Of a stretch of 64,000 bases of DNA, positions 34,503 through 44,202 are shown one piece after another. The notes under the pieces were generated by a model, which worked only from the letters and a program-made list of their open reading frames with translations, had not been told where the DNA came from and made no database searches. A program made the translations under genes and the position numbers. Position 1 is the first letter of the stretch. Each line of letters starts with the position of its first letter. The stretch is from an uncultured Candidatus Saccharibacteria bacterium (GTDB lineage Bacteria; Patescibacteriota; Saccharimonadia; Saccharimonadales; JAUPVS01): the NCBI GenBank assembly GCA_964627095.1, contig CAZVKH010000004.1, positions 2,886 to 66,885 of the forward strand. The letters run 5' to 3'.

Positions 34503-35597
34503 CTAATCGGTTGGGTTGCCGAGCTGCTTCTCGAGGTAGGCGTCGATGAATGGGTTTAGGTCACCGCTTAGCACGCCGTCGACATCACTGGTTTCGTGGC
34601 GGGTGCGTAGGTCTTTGGCTTGTTTGTAAGGATGCAGGACATAGCTGCGAATCTGGTTGCCCCACTCGGCCGACTGGTTTGGCCCTTTTATTTCGGCGAG
34701 TTTTTCTTTGTGCTGTTCAAGCTGCAACTGGGCAAGACGTGACCGAATAATTGTTAAGGCTGTTTCTTTGTTCTGTAGTTGGGAGCGTTCATTCTGGATG
34801 GCTACGGTTATGCCCGATGGTATATGGGTAATCCGAACCGCTGAGTCGGTGGTGTTAACTGATTGGCCGCCGTGGCCGCCAGCGCGGTAGACGTCAATTT
34901 TTAGATCTTTTTCGTCGAGTGCCAAGTTGGCATCGGCCTCAACCTTAGGTAGAACTTCGACTTTGGCAAAACTGGTTTGGCGCAAGTTGTCAGAGTTAAA
35001 CGGACTAAGTCTAACTAAGCGATGAACACCGTGTTCGGACTGTAGCTTGCCATAGGCAAATGCGCCCGCAACATCGATGGTGACACTCTTGAGGCCGGCT
35101 TCTTCGCCGGGTGACTGTTCGATTGTTTCCACACTAAAGCCCTGCTGCTCAGCCCAACGAACATACATACGCAGCAACATCTGGGCCCAGTCTTGGGCAT
35201 CGGTGCCACCGGCACCGGCGTGGATTGAAACAATAGCACCAAGCTGGTCGTATGGCCCACTAAATTGCAGTTGCTTTTTGAGCTGATTCATTTGGCTCTG
35301 AGCACTTGCGAGCTGTTTTTCTAAATCAATTTTGACACTCAAGTCATTGAGCTGGGCTAACTCCAAAGCTTCATCAACCTGTTGCTGCAGATTTTGCCAA
35401 GGCTCAATCCTAGACTGCAAGCTGGCTAATTGTTTCATTACCTGCTGAGCCTGGTTTTGGTCATCCCAAAAGCCAGCGGTCTGACTAATAGTCGTTAGTT
35501 CGGCTTGTTCGGCCTGCAATTTTTCGATTCGTAACAGGGCAATGGCTTCTTGAAGCCGCGCCTTTAGTTCGGTAAATTGCGAAATGAGTTCCTGCAT
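34503..35597 (-). CDS. prfB: peptide chain release factor 2 (uninterrupted ORF, no +1 frameshift site)
   Basis: SPF motif (RLSPFNSDNLRQTSFA) and GGQ motif ([19 protein letters not shown]). Confidence 0.9.
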   Translation of the reverse strand: MQELISQFTELKARLQEAIALLRIEKLQAEQAELTTISQTAGFWDDQNQAQQVMKQLASLQSRIEPWQNLQQQVDEALELAQLNDLSVKIDLEKQLASAQSQMNQLKKQLQFSGPYDQLGAIVSIHAGAGGTDAQDWAQMLLRMYVRWAEQQGFSVETIEQSPGEEAGLKSVTIDVAGAFAYGKLQSEHGVHRLVRLSPFNSDNLRQTSFAKVEVLPKVEADANLALDEKDLKIDVYRAGGHGGQSVNTTDSAVRITHIPSGITVAIQNERSQLQNKETALTIIRSRLAQLQLEQHKEKLAEIKGPNQSAEWGNQIRSYVLHPYKQAKDLRTRHETSDVDGVLSGDLNPFIDAYLEKQLGNPTD

Positions 35598-35605
35598 TAC
35601 TGCAG

Positions 35606-35611
35606 ATTATA
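35606..35611 (-). promoter_or_regulatory. -10 box TATAAT, leaderless prfB
   Basis: TATAAT (35611..35606), then 8 nt, then ATG 35597. It lies within the 16-nt gap after the upstream gene. Confidence 0.55.
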
Positions 35612-35613
35612 AC

Positions 35614-36240
35614 CTACTCTTGAATAGTTGTGGTGGTGGTATCAGTGGTTTCGGTTGTAGTAGCGTCAGTTTCGGATGACGAGCCACCAATTACAACGAC
35701 TGCCAAAAGCATTATGCCGATAATAAGTACGCCTACAATCAAAGCGATCATCAAACCTTTTTTGCCACCCTTGTTGGCTTGCATAGGATGGAGTGGCATA
35801 CCGGCGTTATCACCAGGTGCCGGTACCGGGCTGGTTGGGTCGGTTGAAGCTAGCGGTGGTGTCATATTAGACGATGGTGCGGCTGGGCCCATTGAACCTT
35901 CGCCATAGGCATCGGCTGACGGGGCAGCAAAACTGTCAGTTGGAGCAGCTGATGGTGTGCTGGGCTGGGCGCCAAATGCAACCGTGTCATTAACTCCGGC
36001 CATGCTAGGATCGCTGGGAGCAGCTGGTGTTTCTGGTGTCATCGGGTTGTCAACTGGGGTGGTGTCAGTAAAGGGCGATGGCGTGGCTGGAGCCACAGGT
36101 GACTCAAAGGCTGGTGTTTCGCTAGGAGCCGGCGCGACACCACTGGTGACATTAATAGGCGTGCCACTATCAACCGGGTTTTCGGTTGGTGGTGGCGTTG
36201 TGTTTACGGTTGGATCATTAGTTGGTTCTTGTGGAGGCAT
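35614..36240 (-). CDS. Pro/Thr/Ala-rich low-complexity protein with C-terminal TM
   Basis: Low-complexity N-terminal 150 aa, one TM (LMIALIVGVLIIGIMLLAVVVIGG) and a Thr-rich tail. It has its own TGGTATGAT promoter. Confidence 0.45.
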   Translation of the reverse strand: MPPQEPTNDPTVNTTPPPTENPVDSGTPINVTSGVAPAPSETPAFESPVAPATPSPFTDTTPVDNPMTPETPAAPSDPSMAGVNDTVAFGAQPSTPSAAPTDSFAAPSADAYGEGSMGPAAPSSNMTPPLASTDPTSPVPAPGDNAGMPLHPMQANKGGKKGLMIALIVGVLIIGIMLLAVVVIGGSSSETDATTTETTDTTTTTIQE

Positions 36241-36290
36241 TGTTTAAGTTCTCGCTTATTTACATTATTGGTATCATACCATAAGCGTGA

Positions 36291-37577
36291 TTAGGGCCAC
36301 AATCGCGAGGCCTGCTTATAGAGGTTATCGGCAAACTCTGGCCCGGCATTGCTTAAACAGCCTAGGCCCCAGATATTATCTTCGAACATAGTGTTAGCGA
36401 CTTTAATGATGCGCTGTTTATTAATCGCCTTGATGCGCGTTGGTAGCTGGTAAAAGTCTTCGATAACTTCGTCAAAGAAGTAACGGTTGGCATAACCACT
36501 GGCCGTTCCGCCTACCGTCTGCGCACTGCGTTGGTAGCGTCCCACCGAATACTGCTTGGCGGCCTGGACATCTTCGTCAGCCAGATCACCACCAAACAAA
36601 GCCCCTAGCTCTTTAGTAATTATGTTGAAGAGCGGCTTGGCATTGGCGGGCGACACTTGGGCGCCGAACCACCAGTTACTACTGGACTCCAGAATTGAAT
36701 GGCCAGAACTCATACTATAAACCAAACCTTTTTCACGAGCCGTTCCCCAAATACGTGAATACAGCGTTTCGGTCAACATAGTGTTAAGCAGCCCTAAAGC
36801 ATCCCCTTCTGGGTCACTGATTTGACGTAACTTAAAAGTATCTAGGTAGAAGTAAATGTTATCGACAGATTTTTTAGGAACATACAACGGCTTATTGAGT
36901 CGGTGCGGCACCTCAACAGGCAAAGGCGTGCGACCATCCCCTTCTGGTAACTCAATGGAACCAATCACCGCCTTAATTGCTGCCTTGCGTTCTGGAGTAA
37001 TGTTACCGGCAATAACGAAACGTAAATTACTACTGGTATGAGTCTGCTTGTAATGGCGGTTAATGTCATCGAGGGTGACATTCTTCATCAGGCGAACGCG
37101 CTCTTGGTCGGTTACAACCTTAAAGCCATATTCTTCGCGCAGCGCTAAGCTCAGGTGGCGAAAATGACTATTGGAGCGCGAAATTAGCTCTTCGCGAACA
37201 TTACCAGATTCAGCCTGAAACTCTTCGGCTAAAAATAACGGCTTTGTAATTGAGGTGATCAGCAAACCTAGAATACGGTCCCATTCAAAATCGGCGCACT
37301 CGGCTTCGTAGGTTATTTCGTAAGTACCAGTTGAGGCATTAGAATAGGCACCATTTTTTTCGAACTCGGCCTGAAAAGCTCGTGCCTTAGGAATGAGCTG
37401 GTTGGCACCCAGCAGCATATGCTCCATAAGATGCGGTGTTTCCCAAATATTACGATCTACCAGATATTCGCCGGCCCGAAAGTTAAAGTCAAAGGTCATA
37501 ACAGTAGCATCAGGAATATGAACCAGCAAACCACGCGCCCCGTTCTTAGTTTTTATCTCTGATACTGAATGCTTCAT
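36291..37577 (-). CDS. M16 family (insulinase-like) zinc peptidase
   Basis: HLMEH (HxxEH) zinc motif near the N-terminus. Start set at ATG 37577, with a GGAGG SD 7 nt upstream. Confidence 0.8.
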   Translation of the reverse strand: MKHSVSEIKTKNGARGLLVHIPDATVMTFDFNFRAGEYLVDRNIWETPHLMEHMLLGANQLIPKARAFQAEFEKNGAYSNASTGTYEITYEAECADFEWDRILGLLITSITKPLFLAEEFQAESGNVREELISRSNSHFRHLSLALREEYGFKVVTDQERVRLMKNVTLDDINRHYKQTHTSSNLRFVIAGNITPERKAAIKAVIGSIELPEGDGRTPLPVEVPHRLNKPLYVPKKSVDNIYFYLDTFKLRQISDPEGDALGLLNTMLTETLYSRIWGTAREKGLVYSMSSGHSILESSSNWWFGAQVSPANAKPLFNIITKELGALFGGDLADEDVQAAKQYSVGRYQRSAQTVGGTASGYANRYFFDEVIEDFYQLPTRIKAINKQRIIKVANTMFEDNIWGLGCLSNAGPEFADNLYKQASRLWP

Positions 37578-37707
37578 TAAATTGCCTCCAGCCTTCCCTG
37601 CCACTGCATACCAAAGAAATTGACTTTGTTTACGAATAGCGAAAGGTTATCCGCAGACCGCCTTTGGCGGGCGAGGACTCTAACCTTGAGATATTTGTAT
37701 AACAAAG

Positions 37708-40323
37708 TTATTTCTTCCTCTTGGCTTTGTTCTTGCGCTTGCGCTCGGCCTTGCGAGCCTTTTTACGGGCATCGGTTGATACCACTTTCTTGGTACGACT
37801 GGCCGGTAAACTCCCCTGTGGAGCAACTTTAAAGTCGGTTTCGACAAACTCGTCTGACTCAATTACCTTGTCGGCGTTATCAATTGAGCGACGAGCTGCT
37901 CGGGTTAACTCAGTTTCGATTGGTTCGTCGTAGTCACTAGCAACAGGTTCGGCATGCAATAAGGTTCGGACGACGTCATGCCTTAGCGTGTCTTGCATGG
38001 TTTCAAACAAAATCTGACCTTGGCGGCGGTACTCGACCAGTGGGTCACGTTGACCAACACTAATCCAGCCAATTCCCTCGCGCAGGTGCTCCATGTTTTC
38101 GAGGTGCTGCATCCAAAGATTATCTAATACCTGCAAGTAAATGTCGCGCTCCACCTTGCGCATATTGTCCGTGCCAAAGGCGGCTGTGCGCGATTCATAC
38201 AAACTAATCGCTTCTTGCACCAAAACCTTCTCGAAACCACTGGCTTCGGTGTCGAACAAACGATCTAGGGTTGGGTCGTCAAAGGCAAAAGCCTCAACAA
38301 TTAAGGCTTCGTAGGTGTCGCTGGTAGCCAATGGTGAGGCCGCTAAAGCACGGGCTTCTTGTTCGATAAAAATACGGATGCGCTTTTCGATATCGGCGCG
38401 GTGCAAAATTTCTTTGCGCATAGTGTAAATCGCACGACGGTGACGGTTCATAACGTCGTCGTACTGCACAACGTTTTTACGCATATCAAAGTTGCGGCCT
38501 TCGACCTTCTTTTGCGCCGATTCTAGGCTGCGTGAAATAATCCGGTTCTCGATTGGCATGTCATCAGGTACATTCATGCGCTGCATAATCGAAGCGATTC
38601 GATCACCACCAAACACGCGCATCAAGTCATCATCGGTGCTAACAAAGAACTGGGTGATACCGGGATCGCCTTGGCGACCGGCCCGCCCACGCAGCTGGTT
38701 GTCGATGCGGCGCGACTCGTGTCGTTCCGAACCAAGAATGAACAAACCGCCTAGTTTCTTGACGTCTTCGTCGAGCATAATGTCGGTACCACGACCAGCA
38801 ATGTTAGTAGCCAGCGTTACGGCTCCCTTTTGGCCAGCCTTGGCAACAATGGCGGCTTCGCGTTCGTTGTTCTTGGCGTTCAGGATTTCGTGCTTGATGC
38901 CCGATTTCTTTAAGAGCTGTGCCAAACGTTCGTTTTTTTCGATCGAGGCCGATCCAATTAGAACTGGCTGCCCTTTCTGCTGCAAGACGCGAACTTCTTT
39001 GATAATGGCGGCAAACTTGCCTTCTTCGGATTTATAAATGCGGTCTGGTCGGTCTTCACGAACAACCTTTTTGTTAGAAGGAATCTGCAGCACATTTAGT
39101 TCGTAAATCTGGTGGAACTCTTCGCTCTCGGTTTCGGCCGTACCGGTCATACCCGACAACTTTTCGTACAAGCGGAAGTAGTTCTGGAAAGAAATTGTCG
39201 CCAGCGTCATTGATTCTTCTTGAACATCAACACTTTCTTTGGCTTCGATGGCTTGGTGTAAACCTTCGTTATAACGTCGGCCCTTCAGCAAACGGCCGGT
39301 GAACTCATCGACAATCACAACCTCGCCATCGGTGGTTACGACGTAGTCTTTATCGCGCTTAAACAGCGCTTCGGCGCGCAAGGCTTGTTCGAGGTGGTAG
39401 ATGGTACGGATATTATCAGTGGCATACAGGTTGTCGATGCCCAGGATCTTTTCGACCTGCTCAACACCTTCGTCGGTTAAGACAACGGCTTTGCGCTTTT
39501 CATCAATTTCGAAGTGATCATCCTTCTTGAGCTGACGGGCCACCTTACTAAACTGCAAGTAGGCGCTGGCGCTAGTGCTGGACGGTGCCGAAATAATCAA
39601 TGGCGTACGGGCTTCGTCAATTAAGATTGAGTCGACCTCGTCGACGATGGCAAAGTGCAGTTCGCGCTGGCGCAACTGGTCGACTTCGCGCACCATGTTG
39701 TCGCGCAGGTAGTCAAAACCAAACTCGTTGTTTGTGCCATAAGTAACGTCGGCGGCGTAAGCTTCTTGGCGCGAACATGGTTTAAGCGGATGCATGCGCT
39801 TGTCGAAATGATTCTTGTTGGTGAAGTTAGCATCATAAATATATGATTCTTCGGCAATAATAACGGCGGCGGTAAGGCCCAAGAAGGCGTAAACTTCGCC
39901 CATCCAACCAGCGTGGAGCTGAGCCAGATAGTCGTTAACGGTAACCACGTGAACACCTTTTTCGGTCAATGCGTTCAAGTAAACCGGTAAGGTAGCTACC
40001 AAAGTTTTACCTTCACCAGTTTTCATTTCGGCTACACTTCCCTCGTGTAAAGCCATACCGCCAATCAATTGCACATCGAAGTGACGTTGGCCAATCGTAC
40101 GATCAGCAACTTCGCGCACCAGTGCAAAAGCGTCGGGTAAAATTGCATCAAGGCTTTCTTTTTTAAGGCGCTTCTTGAGTTTAGTAGTCTGGTCTTTGAG
40201 CTGCGCGTCGGTCATTTTTTTATACTTTGGACCAAGGTTGTTGACAACCGCCACTCGTTTTTGCAAACGCTTTAGTGTTTTGGCCTGGGGGTCCCCGAGT
40301 ACTTTCTTAAAAATCTTCTTCAT
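37708..40323 (-). CDS. secA: preprotein translocase ATPase SecA
   Basis: MKTGEGKTLVATLP Walker A, DEVDSILIDEARTPLIIS and a basic C-terminal tail. Confidence 0.95.
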   Translation of the reverse strand: MKKIFKKVLGDPQAKTLKRLQKRVAVVNNLGPKYKKMTDAQLKDQTTKLKKRLKKESLDAILPDAFALVREVADRTIGQRHFDVQLIGGMALHEGSVAEMKTGEGKTLVATLPVYLNALTEKGVHVVTVNDYLAQLHAGWMGEVYAFLGLTAAVIIAEESYIYDANFTNKNHFDKRMHPLKPCSRQEAYAADVTYGTNNEFGFDYLRDNMVREVDQLRQRELHFAIVDEVDSILIDEARTPLIISAPSSTSASAYLQFSKVARQLKKDDHFEIDEKRKAVVLTDEGVEQVEKILGIDNLYATDNIRTIYHLEQALRAEALFKRDKDYVVTTDGEVVIVDEFTGRLLKGRRYNEGLHQAIEAKESVDVQEESMTLATISFQNYFRLYEKLSGMTGTAETESEEFHQIYELNVLQIPSNKKVVREDRPDRIYKSEEGKFAAIIKEVRVLQQKGQPVLIGSASIEKNERLAQLLKKSGIKHEILNAKNNEREAAIVAKAGQKGAVTLATNIAGRGTDIMLDEDVKKLGGLFILGSERHESRRIDNQLRGRAGRQGDPGITQFFVSTDDDLMRVFGGDRIASIMQRMNVPDDMPIENRIISRSLESAQKKVEGRNFDMRKNVVQYDDVMNRHRRAIYTMRKEILHRADIEKRIRIFIEQEARALAASPLATSDTYEALIVEAFAFDDPTLDRLFDTEASGFEKVLVQEAISLYESRTAAFGTDNMRKVERDIYLQVLDNLWMQHLENMEHLREGIGWISVGQRDPLVEYRRQGQILFETMQDTLRHDVVRTLLHAEPVASDYDEPIETELTRAARRSIDNADKVIESDEFVETDFKVAPQGSLPASRTKKVVSTDARKKARKAERKRKNKAKRKK

Positions 40324-40402
40324 GCGCGCAGTTTTTCCTCATTGTTATTAAGCAACCGTACCCACCCGGTGGAGCTATCTGTCTATTGTAGCTTAGTCCG
40401 AA

Positions 40403-40762
40403 CTATAATTCACGCCGAAATCGACGAATCACGCGTTGGTGAAACTTGGCCGACTCTTGTGTGTCTTTATACTTCTTAATTTGGTTCTTGAGCTTGGCCT
40501 CGACGATGTCAACGGCCGCGTACATATTAATGGTCGTCTCTTTGACTAATAGGGTTTCTTTAGGTAGATGTAGGATCACCTCGCACTGGCACTGCTTCTT
40601 GTCCTTGGCCTTGCTCTCTTTAAGCTTAACCTCGGCATGGGCCGATACCTTGGCATGCTTAGACATATACTTATCTAGGTGGCCAATCTTGCGTTTGGTG
40701 TACTTTTCTAAATCTTCATCGACTTGGAAGTGAACGCCATTGATTTCGATTTTTTGAATCAT
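40403..40762 (-). CDS. hpf: ribosome hibernation promoting factor / RaiA family (short form)
   Basis: S30AE-type pattern with LEKYTKRKIGHLDKY and MYAAVDIVEAKLKNQIKKYK. Its start overlaps the serS stop (ATGA). Confidence 0.8.
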   Translation of the reverse strand: MIQKIEINGVHFQVDEDLEKYTKRKIGHLDKYMSKHAKVSAHAEVKLKESKAKDKKQCQCEVILHLPKETLLVKETTINMYAAVDIVEAKLKNQIKKYKDTQESAKFHQRVIRRFRREL

Positions 40763-42051
40763 GCCCTACCTCCTATGTATGGTTTTAATACTTTAGGAAC
40801 CCGAATCGTGCCATCGTCTTTTTGGTAATTCTCCATGATGGCCTTGAGAATCCTACCCATTGCGAACGCCGTGGCGTCATTGGTGTGCACCAGCTCGACC
40901 GTACCACTGGTACGGCGGACTCGAGTTTGTAAACGGCGGGCTTGGTAGTCGGTCATATAATCGGCAGTATGCGTTTCGCGGTACTGCTGTTGCGCGGGCA
41001 TCCAGGTATTGATATCGACACCCTGCGCGTTGGGCTTGCCAATATCGGCGGTACATTTTTGGATCAACTGATATGGTAATTCAAGTTGTTGGACTAGGTA
41101 TTCCTGAATGGCCACTAGCAACTTATGTTCATCCAGCCCGGTTTCGGCGGTGCTAAAAACTTCCATCTCCATCTTGTCGAACTGATGCATGCGGAAGATG
41201 CCTTCGGTGTCCTTACCGTAGCTACCAGCTTCGCGTCGGAAGCTAGTGGCATAGCCCAGGTAACGAATTGGCAGATCTTTTTCGTCGAGAATTTCGTTCA
41301 TGTACATCGTGCATAAGCTGTGTTCGGCGCTGGCATTCATCCACAGATCGTCTTGGGCCAGCTTATAGGTCACCTCTTCGGCATCAAGTCGAGCCGACGC
41401 TTCGTAGGGTTCGGTCTTGACCATGGCCGGCGGCAGAACTGGCGTGAATGGTTTACTACTTACTTTAAGATTATTTTCTTTCACCAAACGAGCGATCAGT
41501 TTCTCGTCGCCCAATGCGTCCATAACAAATTGCATAATGGCAAACTGCAAACGCACTACGTCGCCCTTTAAATAGGCAAAGCGCGCACCGGCCACTTTAG
41601 CAGCCCGCTCTTTGTCGATTGTGTCATGCAAGCTACCCAACTCGGCGTCACTCTTGGCTTTAAAGCTAAACTTGGCAGGTTCGCCCACCGTCTTAACGAC
41701 GACGTTGTCGTCTTCGGTGGCGCCAACCGGCACTGTGTCCAACGAAACATTCGGTACCTTTTTATACAGCTCGTTGAACTTGGTTTCGACGGCTTCTAGC
41801 TCGGTTTCGATTTTAGCCAGTTTAGTTTTTAGAACCTTACCCTGTTCGATCTGCTCAGGGCTAGGCTTCTGTCCTTTGGTGCTAGCGGCCTGCTGATTAC
41901 GCAACTGGCGCAGCAATTCGGCATCGCCCAATAGCTGACGTCTTTGAGCATCAACTTCGATCAGCTTAGGGATGTCGACTTTGACGTTTTTTTGTTTAGC
42001 CTTCTGGGCAACCACTTCTGGATTATCACGGATGTACTGAATATCTAACAT
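40759..42051 (-). CDS. serS: serine--tRNA ligase
   Basis: MLDIQYIRDNPE N-terminus, a coiled-coil tRNA-binding arm and a class II core with FRREAGSYGKDTEGIFRMHQF. Confidence 0.9.
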   Translation of the reverse strand: MLDIQYIRDNPEVVAQKAKQKNVKVDIPKLIEVDAQRRQLLGDAELLRQLRNQQAASTKGQKPSPEQIEQGKVLKTKLAKIETELEAVETKFNELYKKVPNVSLDTVPVGATEDDNVVVKTVGEPAKFSFKAKSDAELGSLHDTIDKERAAKVAGARFAYLKGDVVRLQFAIMQFVMDALGDEKLIARLVKENNLKVSSKPFTPVLPPAMVKTEPYEASARLDAEEVTYKLAQDDLWMNASAEHSLCTMYMNEILDEKDLPIRYLGYATSFRREAGSYGKDTEGIFRMHQFDKMEMEVFSTAETGLDEHKLLVAIQEYLVQQLELPYQLIQKCTADIGKPNAQGVDINTWMPAQQQYRETHTADYMTDYQARRLQTRVRRTSGTVELVHTNDATAFAMGRILKAIMENYQKDDGTIRVPKVLKPYIGGRA

Positions 42052-42056
42052 ACTTA

Positions 42057-42066
42057 TATTATACAG
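42057..42066 (-). promoter_or_regulatory. -10 region CTGTATAATA, leaderless serS
   Basis: TATAAT (42063..42058), then 6 nt, then ATG 42051. Confidence 0.6.
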
Positions 42067-42281
42067 CTATCTGGCTAGACCTTTAACATATCAAGCTGTT
42101 TGGCGAGGCTACTGGCTTGGTCGGCGACAACCAACATCTGATCGGTCGGTATATTCTGGCTAATTATAGCCACGTATAATTTTCTATCCTTAATTTCAAC
42201 ACAGGTATAAGGCATACTGCTGCAGACTGGCTCAAGTAGAGCGCGAACCTTGTCTAGTAGAGCCTGCGACGTACCAGCTGC

Positions 42282-42701
42282 TTAATAGACAGTATACTTG
42301 GCGGTAATATTTGGCGACGATACATTAACGACTGCGAGCTCCTTTGTGCTTCGTGGCATACCCATCTTTTTATCAAGAAAGAATAGATGGCTTGGCTGCT
42401 TGAAGCTGGCGAGATCATACGATAAGGTCACTGTATCAAGATAAATCTTGAAAGCCATGCGGTGCTCTACGATCTGCGCAATACCTGTTTGGTCGTTATG
42501 TAGTTCAAAATGCACAATTGATTTGTAGTCTTGCAGGAAAGGCGGACAAACAAATGCAGAGTTCGGCGTAGTTCTCCAGCTCTTGGCTTCAAAACTACTG
42601 CGTATACGTTCCATCCTACGCTTCCCGGCGCCCTGAATTAATATAGCCACGATCATAAGGGGCACAAATAGTAACATAAAAACAATCAGGAACTGTATCA
42701 T
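42282..42701 (-). CDS. hypothetical membrane protein coupled to the upstream nuclease
   Basis: N-terminal TM (FLIVFMLLFVPLMIVAILI). The ATG directly abuts the nuclease stop (TAGATG), with an AAAGGAG SD inside the nuclease 3' end. Confidence 0.45.
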   Translation of the reverse strand: MIQFLIVFMLLFVPLMIVAILIQGAGKRRMERIRSSFEAKSWRTTPNSAFVCPPFLQDYKSIVHFELHNDQTGIAQIVEHRMAFKIYLDTVTLSYDLASFKQPSHLFFLDKKMGMPRSTKELAVVNVSSPNITAKYTVY

Positions 42702-43502
42702 CTATTTCTCCTTTCTTTTCGACTTTGTTTGGTTATGGATATATTTTAGCGTCAGTTCAGTCCGTTGGCGAGCGTACAAACAAAAATCGCATTCGCCGCC
42801 CATGGCAGCCGTGCCCACGGCGGGCATGTCACCGTCCAGGCATTGCTTCATTTTTACCAAGGTTGGTTCGACCCAGGCATCACTTCCCTTGTATGGAATT
42901 AGTTTGGTGCGGAATTCTAGGTGATCATTAAAACCGTCAACATCAATCCGGGCATTGGTGTACACAAAATAGCCGGTGTCACTAACCGGCAGACCATTCT
43001 GGCGCAACAGCCATTGGTAGACTTCGAGCTGGCGTTTGTAGCTAATCTGCCAGTCAGAGTCAATCGATACTTCTTTATCTTTAGAAGTGGCTTTGTAATC
43101 GACCACGATGGCGTTACCTTGGTCGTCTACCCACAAGTCGTCGATAGCACCAAAGACGTGCAAGTTTGTCGGCTGGTGAACGGCCACTACGCCAGTGAAG
43201 TTATGACGCCACTGATCCAAATTATCGTGCTGCATTGGCACGGCCTTAATTTGGTTGTCGGCCATAATTTTATGCGGCGTGCCAGCCTGACGGTGGCGGT
43301 CGAATTCTTTCTTATAGAGTTCGTCGATAGTCTTATTGATGTTGAAGGGTGGCCCATTGGGGCGCTTAATCTTAAGCCGGGCGTCCAACCAAAAACAGCG
43401 CGGGCACTGCATAAACAGCTCAATCTTGCTGCGGCTAACTTTAAAAACCTCGGCTTGGCCGGGCTGATACGGTTTGTTTCGTTCTTGCCAGTAATTCCCC
43501 AT
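42702..43502 (-). CDS. PD-(D/E)XK nuclease, Cas4/RecB-like with Cys cluster
   Basis: GAIDDLWVD...IVVDYK (D..DxK) and YKRQLEVYQW (QxxxY) motifs. N-terminal CPRC plus C-terminal C..CDFC cysteines suggest an Fe-S or Zn site. Start set at ATG 43502. Confidence 0.65.
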   Translation of the reverse strand: MGNYWQERNKPYQPGQAEVFKVSRSKIELFMQCPRCFWLDARLKIKRPNGPPFNINKTIDELYKKEFDRHRQAGTPHKIMADNQIKAVPMQHDNLDQWRHNFTGVVAVHQPTNLHVFGAIDDLWVDDQGNAIVVDYKATSKDKEVSIDSDWQISYKRQLEVYQWLLRQNGLPVSDTGYFVYTNARIDVDGFNDHLEFRTKLIPYKGSDAWVEPTLVKMKQCLDGDMPAVGTAAMGGECDFCLYARQRTELTLKYIHNQTKSKRKEK

Positions 43503-43509
43503 GAGGGTC

Positions 43510-44202
43510 TTATTGTAGCAGTTTGGCGACGGCGGCAACAGCGGCAGTTTCGGCGCGCAGCGTAAAGTCGCCCAACGGCAGCCGGCCAATTTCTTGAGTC
43601 ACAAATAGTTGCTTCTCTTGATCACTCCAGCCACCTTCGGGCCCGATTAGCACACCAACCTCGCTATAATTTGGTTGTCGTTGCTTGGTTAGTTCGTGCT
43701 GTTCGCAGACAAACAACGGCACTTTGCCGGCAAATTCGTGCAAAGCGGTTTGCAACAACAGCGGCTGTCTAATAGATGGAATATCGCCACGGCCACATTG
43801 TTCAGCGGCTTCGATAACAATTTTTTGGGCGCGCTCCTCGTTAAAGCCAGTCTTTTCGGAGCGTTCGGCCAGCACCGGCACCAAGTGGCTGGCGCCCAGC
43901 TCGGTCGCCTTCTGCAACACCCAGTCGTTCTTATCTTTCTTAAGTAGCGACCAAAACAAGTAAACCTCTTTGCTTGGCAGCTTGGCCACAAAGTCAGTTA
44001 GTAGCTCCAACTTAGCATGATCCTGGGCTAGTTCGTTCAGGCTATAAAGCTTTTCATGACCTTGACCGTCGAACAGAACTACTTCTTGGCCAACCCGAAA
44101 GCGCAATACCTTGCGCCACTGATCAACTAAGCGCTGCTCGCGAACTTCAACATAGTGCCCCAGGTGCAACTCTGGACCAGTGTAAAAACGGTGCAACCTC
44201 AC
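43510..44202 (-). CDS. rsmE: 16S rRNA (uracil1498-N3)-methyltransferase RsmE
   Basis: MRLHRFY N-terminus (PUA-like) and a C-terminal SPOUT knot IGPEGGWS. Confidence 0.8.
   Translation of the reverse strand: MRLHRFYTGPELHLGHYVEVREQRLVDQWRKVLRFRVGQEVVLFDGQGHEKLYSLNELAQDHAKLELLTDFVAKLPSKEVYLFWSLLKKDKNDWVLQKATELGASHLVPVLAERSEKTGFNEERAQKIVIEAAEQCGRGDIPSIRQPLLLQTALHEFAGKVPLFVCEQHELTKQRQPNYSEVGVLIGPEGGWSDQEKQLFVTQEIGRLPLGDFTLRAETAAVAAVAKLLQ

Noticed and set aside
34503-35597. Programmed +1 frameshift in prfB
   Set aside because: I looked for an early in-frame TGA preceded by an SD-like element. The ORF is continuous from the ATG, so no frameshift is needed.
37640-37670. Hairpin CCGCC-AAA-GGCGG after secA as a terminator, and the adjacent TTATCCGCA as a DnaA box
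   Set aside because: The stem is only 5 bp with no U tract. The box has a mismatch at a conserved position and stands alone.
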